This document shows positions 1-12,713 of a stretch of 64,000 bases of DNA, piece by piece. How positions within the stretch are numbered: the stretch's first letter is position 1; each line of letters opens with the position of its first letter. The stretch is from contig NC_087436.1 of assembly GCF_036321535.1 (NCBI RefSeq), forward strand, positions 46,130,001 to 46,194,000, given 5' to 3'. The notes below the pieces were generated by a model, which saw only the letters and a program-made list of their open reading frames with translations, did no database searches and was not told the origin of the DNA. The stretch is from Camelus dromedarius. Its lineage: Eukaryota. Made by a program: the position numbers and the translations under genes.

Positions 1-3
1 CCT

Positions 4-4
<1 letters not shown>

Positions 5-42
<38 letters not shown>
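5..42. repeat. (ATCT)n microsatellite, probably the decayed poly(A) tail of the adjacent minus-strand L1
   Basis: About 9 ATCT units abutting an L1 3' end. Confidence 0.9.
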
Positions 43-43
<1 letters not shown>

Positions 44-272
44 ATAGTCATTTTACAATGTTGTGTCATTTCTGGTGTACAGCACAATTTTTCAGTCATA
101 CATGAATATACATATATTCGTTTTCATATTCTTTTTCACTGTGAGCTACTATAAGATCTTGAATATATTTCCCTGTGCTATACATATAAACTTGTTTATC
201 CATTCTATGTATACCTGTCAGTATCTACCAATCTTGAACTCCCAGTCTGTCCCTTCCCACCCCTATCCCCTA
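43..272 (-). mobile_element. 5'-truncated LINE-1 3' UTR fragment
   Basis: tcattttacaatgttgtgtca...cagcacaatttttcagt...tttccctgtgctataca closely matches the 3' end of the L1 at 56525-57399, which carries recognisable ORF2. Confidence 0.85.
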
Positions 273-1484
273 ACCCTTCTTAACCAATCCAATTTTTCTT
301 TCCTTTGCTGGATCCAAACAAGGTAAGGGACTTGCCCAGGTGAATATCCATAGATGAATATTCATGTTTTGAGGGCTAGTCCACAGACTCCTGCTGAGCA
401 AAGCAGACTTCCACATTGATTTATTTAAAATTTATTTAAATTTTATTTAAAATTCCATAATTGGTCAAATTTTAAACCATGCAGCCTTCTTAGCTACAAA
501 TACAGATAGATCTGCAGTAGGCCGGTCCATGGGCTGGCCTAAGTGAGGCATCCATTCATTCATTTATTCATTCAAAAAGTACTTATTGAGACTCTACAAA
601 GTGCCAACTACTATGCTAGGTGTTGTGTAAAGCTGTAAACAAGGTAGATCTAAATTCATCCTTTACTAGGCTTTGCAGGCAATGACTACAGAGATAGCGA
701 GCAGGAAATTGTGGGAAAAACTGGAGGTACACAATTAATATGTCACACAGAAATGCGGAAACTACAGAAGGGAGAGAGTTATGCCCACGTGGCAGTGGGA
801 GGAGAAGTTAAGAGAGACACAGAAATAGAAAGCGTGGCAAAGTCATGGTAATGTGAAGACTAGAATCGGCACCCCACGAACCTGCTGACGCACTCAGCAA
901 GGTAAGTGGGCTGTAAAAGCTGCACTGGATTCTGAAGGATCACCAAATTCCCAGACGCCACATGTCTCTGAAAGCCGGCTCTGTTGTAGGCCCTGCTTGT
1001 CCATGTCTCTGGGGTCCAAGATCCTGGTTTCTTATTTCCTAGTGTATTATTATGATTGTAATGATGATGATTTTATAAAAATCCTTCATTGATTAAGAAA
1101 ACATGTGGCAAATTCTTCTTCATTCCAAAGCCAACTAACACAGAGATGTGAACATGGAATTAAATTCTCCCTTTTAACTGGTGAGGAGCCTGAGGCCCAG
1201 TGAAGCAAAGTGATTTTCTGGTAATGCGAAAACCGACCCCAAACTCACATTTTAGATCTGTCAAGAGCAAATAGGAATAACCTTGATTACTGTGAGGAGG
1301 CCTAGAAACAAGAAAATTTCTTGGGTAGCCAGCATCCTAAACTGGCCTCTGTATAGTTTTCAGACATACTAGACTCACTGTGCATGTTTCACTAAATTTC
1401 ACTGGTCCAACCCATGTTTATCAGTGCCATTCTCTGATCTTCCTGTCTGTTCTTTTGTTTTGTACTACTCCCCATATTTTTAAG

Positions 1485-1640
1485 CCAGTAGCTTTAGCAT
1501 CACCTGGGAACTTGTTAAAAACGTAAATTATAGGGCTCATCCAAAAGCTACTGAACCAGAAGCTCAGGGGTTGGCACTAAGCAATCTGTTTTGCTAACCC
1601 ACCTGGGTGATTCCAATGGCATGTTAGTGTTTGAGAATTA
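1485..1640. mobile_element. MER5A-like hAT-Charlie DNA transposon fossil
   Basis: ccagtagctttagcatcacctgggaacttgtta...ctactgaaccagaagctc...agcaatctgttttg...gtttgagaa resembles the recalled MER5A consensus. Confidence 0.75.
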
Positions 1641-1861
1641 CTCCTGTAGGATGAGAAAACGTCTGGTTCCATTTGCAGCAAATACTCAAAGTGTTCCTAC
1701 AGACTCCCATGGAAAGGTTTTTAAGAGAAGAAACACTATATCCTTTAAAAAATTAACCTCTCTGTCTGATGCTTACGAGGCCCGTCTTGCTGTTGTCGGT
1801 GTTGATGAGGATGATGTGCATTTGTATCTGTGTGTGTGTTTCAGTTCTGGGTACATCAGTT

Positions 1862-2060
1862 CTAGTGGTGGGCTGGTAGATGCTTAACAATCAGCTCTCG
1901 GGAAAAAGAAAAGGGAAGGCCTCATTTATGGAATTTGCTAATTTCTGTGATATAAATACTCCCACTATGGTCTACTTCAAGGTAGCAACATGACATCATT
2001 GCAAATGGAGGTGGGAAGAATGAGCATAGTCAACTCTTGGAAGCCAAGGCTGGCTCTACC
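1862..2060. mobile_element. MER63-like hAT-Blackjack fossil
   Basis: tagtggtgggctggtagatgcttaacaatcagctctc...aaatactcccactatgg resembles the recalled MER63A consensus; a related copy lies at 58735-59040. Confidence 0.65.
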
Positions 2061-2399
2061 TGTCAATTTTGATTCTTCACATTTACGCATAAAACCCAGG
2101 AGATAGCTGTACTTACACGTTTGGTGAATGAATTCTGAGAGAGAAAACTAAAGAATCTAGGGCTGGAATTTTATCTTTTCGTTAGGGAATAATTTAGTGT
2201 AACTGAAGACTTTAATTAGCATCTCAAACCATTCTCCCTTGATTTTAATGACTTTCACAAAAGTAACAACAGAAAGAAAACTGAAATTAAACAAGTATTT
2301 ATTTAAAATATATTCTTGAAATAGCTCTATTACATACTACAACAAATCAGGCTATTTAAATACAGGGCATTTTCAACATAGCACTTTATGGCAATAAAA

Positions 2400-2560
2400 C
2401 ACTTTGCAAATCAATTTTATTGTTCCTCTCTGCAACCTCAAGAGGTAATAGATATGAGTTCCCTATTTTTACAGATGAGGAAAGTAAGGCACAAAGAGAT
2501 CTTCAAACTTTCACATAGTGTGTTAATAGAAAAACTGGGATTAGGATTCTAGTCCTGGAA
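2400..2560 (-). mobile_element. MIR SINE fragment
   Basis: Core motif ccctatttttacagatgaggaaagtaaggcac. Confidence 0.7.
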
Positions 2561-3989
2561 TTTCCCAGTTGTAGTTTATTGGGTTATATTTTTTGAAATG
2601 TGAATAATTAAAAATGAGACCTTAATTGTATTTGGTCTGCAGGAGTGGCTATGATTTCTGCTGGCTCAATGTACCAGACCAAAGGTTCACCCTGACGCTA
2701 GCCAGCCCCTTCTCGCCAGCCCTGACTTCCCAGAGTCCCTGCCGAGAAGCACCTCAGAAGGCCGGTTTCCTACGTATTCCTAAACCCATCAGTCCTCCAA
2801 ACTGTAGCTGGCTGGGTTAGGTGGACACCAGGCCCATAGGTGGCCGATCAATAGGTTGGCCTGTGGCCTAAACAAAACAGGATGGACATTCCGTTACTCC
2901 AGAACTTGGAATAACAAAGGATGAAAACATTAGCATGGAAACTGAAAGTTAAAAGTTACAATGTTAAAAGATGCTGGAAAGACCATGGTGGGTTGTGGGA
3001 AAACTGAAATTATGAGATAGCAAACATTACTAGTCAGTAGGAAGTCTGACTTAGAGAATAGATACAGTGATCAGATAGGGAAGCAAGTAGAGAAAGGAAA
3101 ATAAATAAAAGTTCAAGAAAAAAATACGCCATAAGAAACAGACCACGTGGCAGTTGGAGAGGGGAGAGAGGAAGAGAGCAGCAGTCAGTTCCTGGGGCTG
3201 CTGCGGTGCCTGGCAGCTTTCCAGCTCTGCCCATGTATATATGTGTAAGTTCTGCTACACGGAACAGGAACTCTGCATTAGTGACTTTGCCCAAAGGGGG
3301 TTTGTAGTCTTCTCGTAACAGGATGTCTGAGACAGACGGTTCAGAGCTGGAGCAGCGGCTCCAAATCACGACAGACCCAGCTCCTGGAGCTTTCCTCTTC
3401 ACTGTCCTAGACGTGTAGCTTTCATCCTGATATTGGCCACCTCACGGCCTCCAGCATCACATCCATTTCCGTGTCCAAAGAAGGAAATGATGAAGAGAAG
3501 TGTGTTTTCCACATATGAATACCAGGAATTCAAAACTTCTGCTTTTATCTCATTGACCTGGACAGTAACATGGATTCCTGCTACAAAAAGGATAGGAAAT
3601 AGAGCCCCTCTCTCTCTCTTGCCTCCCACCCTGCCTCTCTTTCTTTTCTTTTTCCTTTCTTCCTTTCCTCCACCCTCCCTTCTTCCTTCTTCATCCTTGG
3701 CACATTGCTTCCCAGGACAGAACTGGGAGTCCAGTTAACAAGGAAGAAGGTGAGAACAGGGAAAGCAGCCAGCAGTGTCTGCCCCAGGATCCTTATACCT
3801 AGACCGCTGCCATCTGGGTAAGCTGAGTGAGTCTTGAACAAAATTAGAACCAGCATGGAGGTAAGAGGTGCTTGGCTGGCCCAGGAGGAGGTATTTTGGC
3901 CATCAGACATCATAATTCTTCAGCTCCCATTTTAAGCGAATATAACTGACCTACAAAATGCTCAAACGTTAACTGCTGATAATGATATG

Positions 3990-4160
3990 GATATGGATTT
4001 GTTAACAAAGTCCTGCCAAACTAACTTCATGACTTGAAAAAAATTTTTTTGAATTAGGTTGAAAAGATAGGGAAATGCTATAGATACAGAGAGGGTCTTG
4101 CTTTCTGTAAGGCATTTAATAAACTCACTTGATGTCATTGCAAAATGACGGAGCCATTTC
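3990..4160 (+). mobile_element. L3/CR1 LINE reverse-transcriptase fossil (fragment 1)
   Basis: Frameshifted translation gives KSCQTNFM (4008-4031), GNAID (4071-4085) and LAFCKAFNK (4097-4123), matching CR1 RT motifs RSCLTNL / GNAVD / LDFSKAFD. Confidence 0.7.
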
Positions 4161-4429
4161 ACTTGGGGCGTTCCCTCTTCATCCTCTTCATAGGCACGTA
4201 CTGATCAGTCTTAGCTGAGGCCCCTCTGGAGGGAGCACCTGCACATCTCCAGAGCTTTTTCTCTGTGCAGCCTCTGCTCTGCGAGTTGGCTCCATGTGCC
4301 CTTGCACTGCCTTGGCCTCTTTGGATTCTCAACTCTGTCTCCTCAACTCAGGAGGACCTCTGAGGTCTGTCTGGCTTCTTTGTCCCCATGCCTGGCCATG
4401 TGCAGGTGGGTAAATCCAAGTCTCAGTCT

Positions 4430-5550
4430 TTGCTGTACTTGGCCTGTCAGCAGCAGCTGGGGCATCCTCCCCTTGATGAGTTCTGCCCCTTGGCTTTCAT
4501 GGTGGCATATTTCTTTATCTTCCCCTACTGTACTGGTTGCTCCCTCTTGGTCTCCTTTTCTGGTTCTCCCTTTCCTCCCTCAATCTCTGAATATTTGTGT
4601 CCCAGGACCTCATCCTTGGGCTCACTCTTTACCCAGTCACTCCTGGCTGATCTCCTTGAGCCCCTGAGAGGTGCCCCAATTTATGTCTGCAGCCAGGACT
4701 TTCTCCCCAGCTGGGGACGTGTGCAGTCACCTTCCTACCCTACCCTTAGGTGTTGTTAAAGCTAAAACTCATCACGTTCCAAGTCTGATTCCTGTTTTTT
4801 CTCTCCCAGCTTGCTCCACTAGCAGCTTCCTCAACTCCTTGTTACAGCTCCACCCTTTCGGATTGGTCAGGCTGAAAACGTCCCAGTAATTGACTCTCCT
4901 CTCACACTTCATTTCTCATTCACCAGAAAACCTTCTTGACTCTACTCTTAATATAGACCCAGACTCTGACCACGTCTCATCTCCGCTGCTGCCAGCGTGG
5001 TCTGAGTCACCATCATCTTTCTCTCAAAATATGGCAAGGATCTCCTAACTTGCTTTTTCTCAGCCTGAGGGGGGAAGGAATCTGATTAGATCAGCATCCA
5101 GAACGATCTATTTAAAATACAGCTCAGATTATTGACTCTTCAAAACCCTGCAGAGTCTCTAGGTTTCCCTCAAAGTCAAGTCCGTTTCTCCTCCCTCCCC
5201 CGACCCCCACCACTGGCTCTAAGTGGCCCGCCCCATTACCCGGGACTCTCCTCCTACTGCTCCCCGCTTACTAACTGTGCCCCAAGCCACAGCGACCTCC
5301 TTTTGTTTTGGGAACACGCTGTGTGGTTCCCACCTTTGAATCTGTGCACTGCACTTCTGGAACCCTCTCTTCCTGACATCCCAAGCATGGTTAACTCCCT
5401 CCCTCACTTCAGGTCTTTCCCCAGATACCACCTTCTCAGAGAGGTCTACCTGATGACCCTGTTTAGCACAGCACCCCCCCCAACCCCCCAGATCACCAGT
5501 TCCTCCATGTGCTCACAGTAAGGGGCAGGATCAATAGCTGTTTAATGAAA
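4430..5550 (+). mobile_element. LINE-2 fossil
   Basis: Pyrimidine-rich L2-type text such as caccatcatctttctc, cagcatccagaacgatctatttaaaatacagctcagat and ctcacttcaggtctttcccagataccaccttctcagagagg. Confidence 0.75.
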
Positions 5551-5559
5551 GCATAAATA

Positions 5560-5650
5560 ATGGCTGCTAAGAAAGCAAATGCAGTTTTCAGCTACTTCAG
5601 TAGAATCGCAATTTCCCAGCAAGGAATGTGTAGTCTCAGTGTGCTCTGGA
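5560..5650 (+). mobile_element. L3/CR1 LINE fossil (fragment 2)
   Basis: Translates AAKKANAV (5563-5586), like the CR1 ORF2 C-terminal motif AAKKANAILG. Confidence 0.65.
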
Positions 5651-5654
5651 GTAA

Positions 5655-5875
5655 TGATAAGAGTTAAAATGTCTGAGCGCTTACCATGTGCTTTACATAT
5701 GTGATTATACCACAGATTCACAGCAACATTATAAAGTGGTACTCCGTTTTGTTAGTGAAGAAAAAGGGATATAGAAAGGTTAAGCCAATTCCCTGGTTCC
5801 CACAGCAAAGATCTGGTAGAAACAGGACTCAAACTCAAGAACTGACTCCAGCACCCATACTTTTAACCATTCACT
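5655..5875 (-). mobile_element. MIR SINE
   Basis: ctgagcgcttaccatgtgctttacatat...tcacagcaac...agaaaggttaagccaattccctggttcccacagc...aggactcaaactcaag. Confidence 0.7.
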
Positions 5876-6176
5876 AGAGCTGGAGAGTATCGGGAGCAAA
5901 GTGATCCGATTCCAAAAACATGTCGTGTGATAGAAGGTATTTTCCACAGAAAAGAGAACACTTATGAGGATAGGACATGTTTCCAGTGTGTGAAGGGATG
6001 AGGTGGAAGAAGAATGAAATTTTCATATTTCTGTAGGAGGGGAAAATGAGAGCTTGCGCCGGAGACAACACAGAAAAACAGATTTTAGCCTAATAGTAAG
6101 AAAGAACTCTGTAACAAATAAAGTTGTACTTAATTAATGTGCTCTACTATTTATATGAATATGCTCTACTTCTTTC

Positions 6177-6386
6177 ACAGGAAACTATATTCATTATCTT
6201 GTAATAACCTGTAATGGAAAAGAATCTGAAAAAGAATATATATATATATATATATATATAAAATACATATAACTGAATCACTGCTGTACACCTGAAACTA
6301 ACACAACATTGTAAATCAACTATACATCAATAAAAAATTTAAAACTGACTCTAAATATCAAAACTGCAAAAAAAAAAAAAAAAAAA
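6177..6386 (+). mobile_element. LINE-1 3' end with internal (TA)n and poly(A) tail
   Basis: acaggaaactatattcattatcttgtaataacctgtaatgg...aactgaatcactgctgtacacctgaaactaacacaacattgtaaatcaactata, followed by an A-run; similar to 10311-10761 and 19096-19507. Confidence 0.85.
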
Positions 6387-7624
6387 GAATCTGAAGGTGA
6401 CTATTTCCTTTTCACAAAGGTTTATGCAGACTTATCTTGGGGATAAAGTTCTTCAGGTAGAAAGTTGCCTTTTTAACTCGCAGGTTTTGTGATTCACCTG
6501 TCCTTTTCCTGGCGGCTTCCTTAGGCACCCAGGGCAGTGCCAGGGAGGGACAGTGTGAGGCTGATTCACCAGTGTGGGATAGAGAAGCCATGGCTTTCTG
6601 TTCACCCCCATCTCCATTCCACAGGCATCCTGGAGATGAGGGAGGGAGTGTTTCTATTCCCTAAATGTAAAATTGTGTTTCCAATATCCCAATGCAGTGG
6701 GATTAAACTCACATCCCATTGTCCTTTGCCCTTATTTGGAATCAGGCACATGTGAATTGGACTCATAGGAAAACTTGTCATTTCTCAGGATCAAAGGAGA
6801 TTATTAAACAAATCATCTAGCTTAATTTGAAAGGAATTCGAGGAGACACTTCTGTTTAGATGTGTCAAAAGAGGGCGTTTCTGGAGGGTGAATGGGTTGG
6901 AAGGATGGTGTTGAAGCAAGAATGGGGATATTTTCCCCCACTCTGTACATGGTTTGTATTATTTACATAATACAACACAGCATCAATGCTGAATAGCATG
7001 ATCATGTGCAACACATAAATATGAATTATCTATACACATCTGCAGACCTAACACAGAACTAAGGTACATAAAACTGAATACTTTGAGAATAAAAGTGAAA
7101 ACGAAGACTAACACTGCAATAAATCAGTAGTGCCTCGTGTACTTCCTTAACTATTTACAGATGAAAACAGGAATTACCACAACACTAATCTAACTATACT
7201 CATTTATGTACAAATAACACAAGTTTCATACATCACGGAAAACCTTCCATTGTAACACAGAAGTGGTTATCACCAGACAAGTATACTGATGCTCAGAGAA
7301 CCAAACCCTGTTCCTGCTTCACAGATGTCCAGAGCGCTGGACCTGCTCTGTGCCTTCTCCTCAGTCCAGCGTGGCGTGGCCTGCAGTGTGTTTGGGTACT
7401 GCTCAGTTCTGAGTTCTAATCCTGCCGTTCCACTTACTGGTTGAGAGACTGGGGACCAGACACTTCATTAGCCCCTGAGCCTATTTCAGCTTGTGGATTA
7501 ACACTCACCTCAAAGGGCTGTTTTCAGGATCCAACAGCACACCGACAAAGCTCCATGTAGTTCTGTTGTTCAAAATTGTTAGTTCCCTTCCCTCTTCTGG
7601 ATCCAGGGAAGGGAATCTTCTAGA

Positions 7625-7862
7625 ATTGTACTGCTCAAAGGGTAATTCACAGCCTGTTACTAGTCCATGAGCTGTTTGTTACTGGTGAGAGACGAGATAA
7701 GCAGCTTGAGCCAGGCCACATCATCCAGGAAACCTACCAGAATAAAAAAAGTCAGCTGAACTGAACGGTGACCTGGTCCTTATGTTCCGTGCAGGTGCCT
7801 CACTATCTCATTGTGGACCAGTAACAAATATTGCACAGACCAGCACTTTGGAGGAGCATTGT
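7625..7862. mobile_element. hAT-Charlie-like non-autonomous DNA transposon fossil
   Basis: Degenerate terminal inverted similarity: tttgttactggt near 7675 versus accagtaacaaa near 7818, plus ctcaaag.../...ctttggag ends. Confidence 0.5.
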
Positions 7863-7889
7863 ATCTGGAGACTTACAATAAAAATTAAG

Positions 7890-8107
7890 GACATAGTAAC
7901 GAGCACCTAGAATCGGAACTGCCTAGGTTCAAACTCTGGCTCCACTGCTTAGTAATTCTGGGCAAGTTACTTACCGCCCTGTGCCTTAATGTCCTCATCT
8001 GTCAAGTGGGCATATAAATTGTATCTGTGAGTTAATTTATGTGAAACCTTTAGAGCAGAGCCTGATGTAAAGTAAGTAGCATGTAAGATTTTGCTATTAT
8101 TATTATT
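7890..8107 (+). mobile_element. MIR SINE
   Basis: ctgcctaggttcaaactctggctccactgcttagt...gggcaagttactt...gtgccttaatgtcctcatctgtcaagtggg...gctattattattatt. Confidence 0.8.
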
Positions 8108-9989
8108 GGGGAGACTTTAAAATTAAGTTTTGGTCTTACAGGAAGTAAGGTGGTTTGTTTTCACTCTATTATAGTTTACTTGCATTTTGTGGGTCTTTAT
8201 TTTTCATCCTTTTTTTTTTCCTTCCTTCCTTCCTCCTCTTTCTCTGCCCCCACTCTTGCCCCCTCCCCACTCCTCTGTTTCTCCTGTTGAAATCGATGAC
8301 ATCATGACCTTTTCGGCTAGCACTAAAGTTCTATTGAGCCCTTGGTGAATTCACTCATCAATGTTAATATTTTGGAAGCTTGGCTTGTAGCAGGTTCTGA
8401 CTTAAAGTACTCGTCGTGGGAAAGAAGATCTCCACATCATGTTTTTCAGGTAACAGAAAGAGGTTCTGTGGTTTCTCTAAGGGAAGCAGATCCACTGACC
8501 CCTCTCATCCTTGTTGATAGGGATGGTGATCTCTGTTCTTTTGACGCCACTCGTCTGACAGCAGCTCTTCTCTCTACCCGTTAAAAACCACCAGGGACAA
8601 TCTTTTGTAAGTTGGTTCCAAGAATAACTAACACATTTTCACATTTATAAAATAATAACATAAGAACAAAGAGTTAAACACTTTTGTTAAAATGTAAGTA
8701 AAACTATTCTGCAGTGTTTCAGGGCAGTCGGAGTGCATAGCCTTTTGTATCTGTGTACATTTCTGCTAGATATTTCAACTTGCCAATTCCATATTCTTCC
8801 ACATGGTCAGCTGTGAATAATATCCATCTTTGCCCATTTAGTCAGCTTCTTAGACCATCTATTTTTGTATATTGCCATCTCGGAACAACACTTCAATTAC
8901 TTGGCTTGGTTTGTTTTTCCTGGGTGTGTCATTTGGATGACATTGTCCTAAATTTTAATTCTTTCTTGTTTTCATTTTGTAAATGATTAAAGAATCAGCA
9001 TTGCATTATTTGGGAGAATTATTTGTAGAATAAGAAAAAGCACTCATGAGATGTCCCCATTCCGTTTGTATCTTTCCCTATCATGTAAGGCGGAGATTTG
9101 AGTTCTATTCTAGAGAGTTCTCACAAATAAATTGATTCCTATAATGACATCGCTGGAGTTGACAACAGACATCATGAAGCCAATCTTAACAGTGACTTTG
9201 TGTATATTTTTAGGGAAAATAGGGTTCTTGATGTGACAGCTGTAATCTTTCACTTAATTTTTCCCACTCGCACATCTGATCTGTAGGAACTTCAACCTAC
9301 ACTCAGAAGAAATGGCAATTATCCTATTAATAAGTGTGCTCTGTGGGGTCACTTCCGGTCTTTATCTCATAGCAGTCCCTTACTGTTCTTACAGGGCTAA
9401 TTTTCAAGTTTTAGAAACTGACAGGAATAGATTTTTGCTGGTTTTTGAAATAAGCTCTGCTGGCTTCTTCAACGTTAGCTTTTATGATGCTATGAGCATG
9501 CTTGCTAAGCCACTAAATACTTTTAAAGAGTCTGCTCATTGGATTCTTAAAATACTCAAATCATGTATTTCTATGATTCCTGATAATAATTCAAACTAAT
9601 GTGAGAACTCAAAATACCTGAGGAGCAAAACAAGACAATTTTAATGATGAAGTATATGTTAGAAAAATATACTCATTCGGAAGTCATGTCTTAATTTCTA
9701 TTCATGCCCTCATACAAAGTTCAGATGAGGCCAAGAAAAGAAGTAGAAGTAATTTTTTATAAACTTTTTTTCACATGTGAAATGAAGATAGTGCTTGCTC
9801 ATTAACTGAAGAGTGCTTTGAGTCTTCCTCATTGTAGGGACACTGGGACTATCTTCCAAATGAAGAGCTAAGACGATTGAGGCACAATATTCCAGGAAAT
9901 AATGGCTGTGTTGTGAGCGGAGCAATCTAGTTTGTCTCTCTAGCACAGTCATATCAATTAGACAATTGTTGAAATCTTGATTCCTATCT

Positions 9990-11185
9990 CTCCTACAGTT
10001 CTCCCCCACCCTCCACCTCCCATGGTTCAATCTGTCCCCAAGTCTTGATGACACTACCACATCAGTTTCTTGAATGCACTCCCTTCGCTCCTCTTCCCTT
10101 CTGCACCTTAGTCCAGGTCATCGTTATCTCCAACCTGGATTCTTGCAATGGCTTCTAGCTGATCTCTCTGTCTCTAACTCTTGCTCTGTACTGAGGCAAG
10201 AGTATTCTTGAGACATGCAAATCTGATCATGCCACTAGCCCTTTTAAAGCCTCTAGACTCCTTCCCATTGCCTTGAGGGTAAAGTCCAGGTTTCTTAATT
10301 TGCTTAAAAGGATAAAATAATGTCATCTGCAGCAACATAGATGGACCTGGAGATCGTCATTCTAAATGAAGTAAGCCAGAAAGAGAAAGAAAAATACCAT
10401 ATGATATCACTTATATGTGGAATCTAAAAAAAAAAAGACACAAATGAACTTATTTACAAAACAGAAACAGACTCACAGGCATAGAAAACAAACTTAGATT
10501 TACCAGTGGGGAAAGGGAGTGAGAAGGGATAAATTGGGAGTTCAAGGTGTGCAGATACTAAGTACTATATATAAAATAGGTAAACAACAAGTTTCTACTG
10601 TATAGCAGAGGGAACTATATTCAATATCTTGTAGTAACCTGTAATGAAAAAGAATATATGTATGTATATGTGTGACTGAAACATTATGCTGTACACCAGA
10701 AATTGACATTGTAAACTGACTACAATTCAATTAAAATTAATTAATTAATTAAAAAAAAAAAGCCCTTTTAGACCTGGTCACTGTAATTCTTCCAACATCC
10801 CTACTAACTACTCTCCATCTTCTATTTGAGCTCTTTTGACTTTCTCAGACTCACTCTGCATTCTCATATACTGTTTCCTCTGACAGGGCCTGTCTGCCCC
10901 GACATTCCACCGGTTGACCTATCCTTCAGGTCTCAGCTGAAAGGCTACTTTACCATGGTTGTAGACCCTCAGTTAGATAGACCCTTGCTATAATGTTTTC
11001 CTTCAATGTTTGTCTTCTCTACTAGACTATTGTCTTCATGAGGAAGGGCCTTGTTTGTCCTTTTAGCTCCTACCTACTTAGTATCTAACCTAAGTGCCCG
11101 ACATAAGAGTGTTCAACAAATATTCGTCCAATGAATGAGCACAGTGATTCGCACATTGCCTGGCATATAGTAAGCATTTAATGAA
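9990..11185 (+). mobile_element. LINE-2 3' fossil interrupted by an L1 insertion
   Basis: ttagtccaggtcatcgttatctccaacctggattcttgcaatggcttc...catgcaaatctgatcatgccact; resumes after 10761 and ends cctggcatatagtaagcatttaatgaatg. Confidence 0.75.
10311..10761 (+). mobile_element. 5'-truncated LINE-1 (ORF2 end, 3' UTR and A tail)
   Basis: ctgcagcaacatagatggacctggagatcgtcattctaaatgaagtaagccagaaagagaaagaaaaataccatatgatatcacttatatgtggaatctaa encodes the ORF2 terminus (...[19 protein letters not shown]). Confidence 0.92.
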
Positions 11186-12664
11186 TGGCAGCACTCTGCA
11201 TCTATATCTGTGTCTCTGTCGATGCACATGTACACACACATGTGGGGTGGTCAATATTAATAGTCTTGCTGTATATAATAGACCCACAATGAAGACTGTG
11301 CTAGGAAGGATACAGTCTATTTATTTATTGAAATTATTGAAAGTGTGTAAATTGGCTCTCCACCCAAACTGGAAAATCATCTTATAAATAAACATATTCC
11401 AGTGCTGCTAAGACTTAAATTTGAATGAGCTTTCTGTGCAGGAGAGGTGGTAGGAGGGTATATGTGTAGTGAAATGTTAGTAGCCCATATTATTTGAACA
11501 TACACAAGGTTATGGTGAGCAAATGTTTAAGTTATTACTATTTAACACGTATGCGTGGTAATGAGAGCTCACATTGTAGCTGGGTACAGTGTATAATTTA
11601 AAAGGCGAAGTCATTCCTTGCCAGGTGGAGTTCCATGTGCTGATTTAGGAAGGGATAGAACAGATTTAGGTTCTGTTAAACCTTAGCTTTACTACAAAGC
11701 TCTTCCTGGCTCCCTGGCGTATGTTCATGGCATTAAAGGTGAAGACGATGGTAAAGGGAGAGGCGATGAGGAGTGTGACATGAGAGAAATGACTGAACAG
11801 ACTAGCCCTGGGCAGCTGGCTTCCAGTTGCTACTTCCTCTCCAAAGGAAACAGTGGTATGCATGAGGAAAAACAAATCAGGGAGTTAGAGCAATGTGGCT
11901 GTGGCATTTGCGTCACTTTCCATGATTGAAATGTTGAGAACTGAAAAGTAACTTTCCCAGCCAGTTTCCTATTGATAAGCTCTGTTCCAGGAATAGCTAA
12001 GCCACATGGAGTCAATGAATGTAATCCCTTTCCTTTATTACTTTATGATCTCGGTGTCAGCAGAACAAAAATTGTATGTTCAAGAGGCTCAGTAAGTCTA
12101 CAGCACGTTTTCTTCGAGGCATATCCCCTTTTAACAGCTCAAACAGAGAAATATATGCTTTCTTTTTTAAAAATTAGAAAGATTTCCAAGTCACTATATA
12201 TCCAAATTGGATGAATATCACGATTCAATCATTCTCTTGAGCTCAATCAGAATCTCTCAGTTGGACACCATCTTGAAAGATTTTACTCTAAAGGAGATAA
12301 TGAGTGACTGTGCTCTAAGTATCTGCTCTCTGCAACTCTGCCATTTTGATTTTGCGGAGGTATGTCTTGCTCTAGGCTGTCTGTTGGCTCTTATTGTTCT
12401 CTTGGATTTTAATTATTCTAGTGGTGTTATATGTGGCTTGAGCATTGTGAAAAGATGTGAATAAGACGTCCTCTTGGAAATCCATTTACGTACAATCAAA
12501 ATGAATAAAGTTGGCATACACAGTACCTAACCTGATCACCTGCTTCTGGTTCCTAACTAACAGCCGCGTGGTACAGAGAAGTATAGAAGTCAACTTTCTT
12601 TCTCTTCTTGAATTCTTCCTTGAAGGAGTTTAATAGATCACTGTTTTGGCAAAACTGTTTTAAA

Positions 12665-12713
12665 ACACACACACACACGCACGTGCACACACACACACAC
12701 ACACACACACACA
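12665..12713. repeat. Interrupted (CA)n microsatellite
   Basis: Directly visible CA run with a gcacgtg interruption. Confidence 0.9.

Noticed and set aside
6940..7330. AT-rich stretch resembling the reverse complement of an mRNA 3' UTR (possible processed pseudogene)
   Set aside because: No poly(A) tail, TSD or recognisable parent gene; it cannot be supported without BLAST.
8700..8960. Protein-like minus-strand translation fragments (e.g. PSQVIEVLFRDGNI)
   Set aside because: Short, interrupted by stop codons, with no recognisable family or convincing splice sites.
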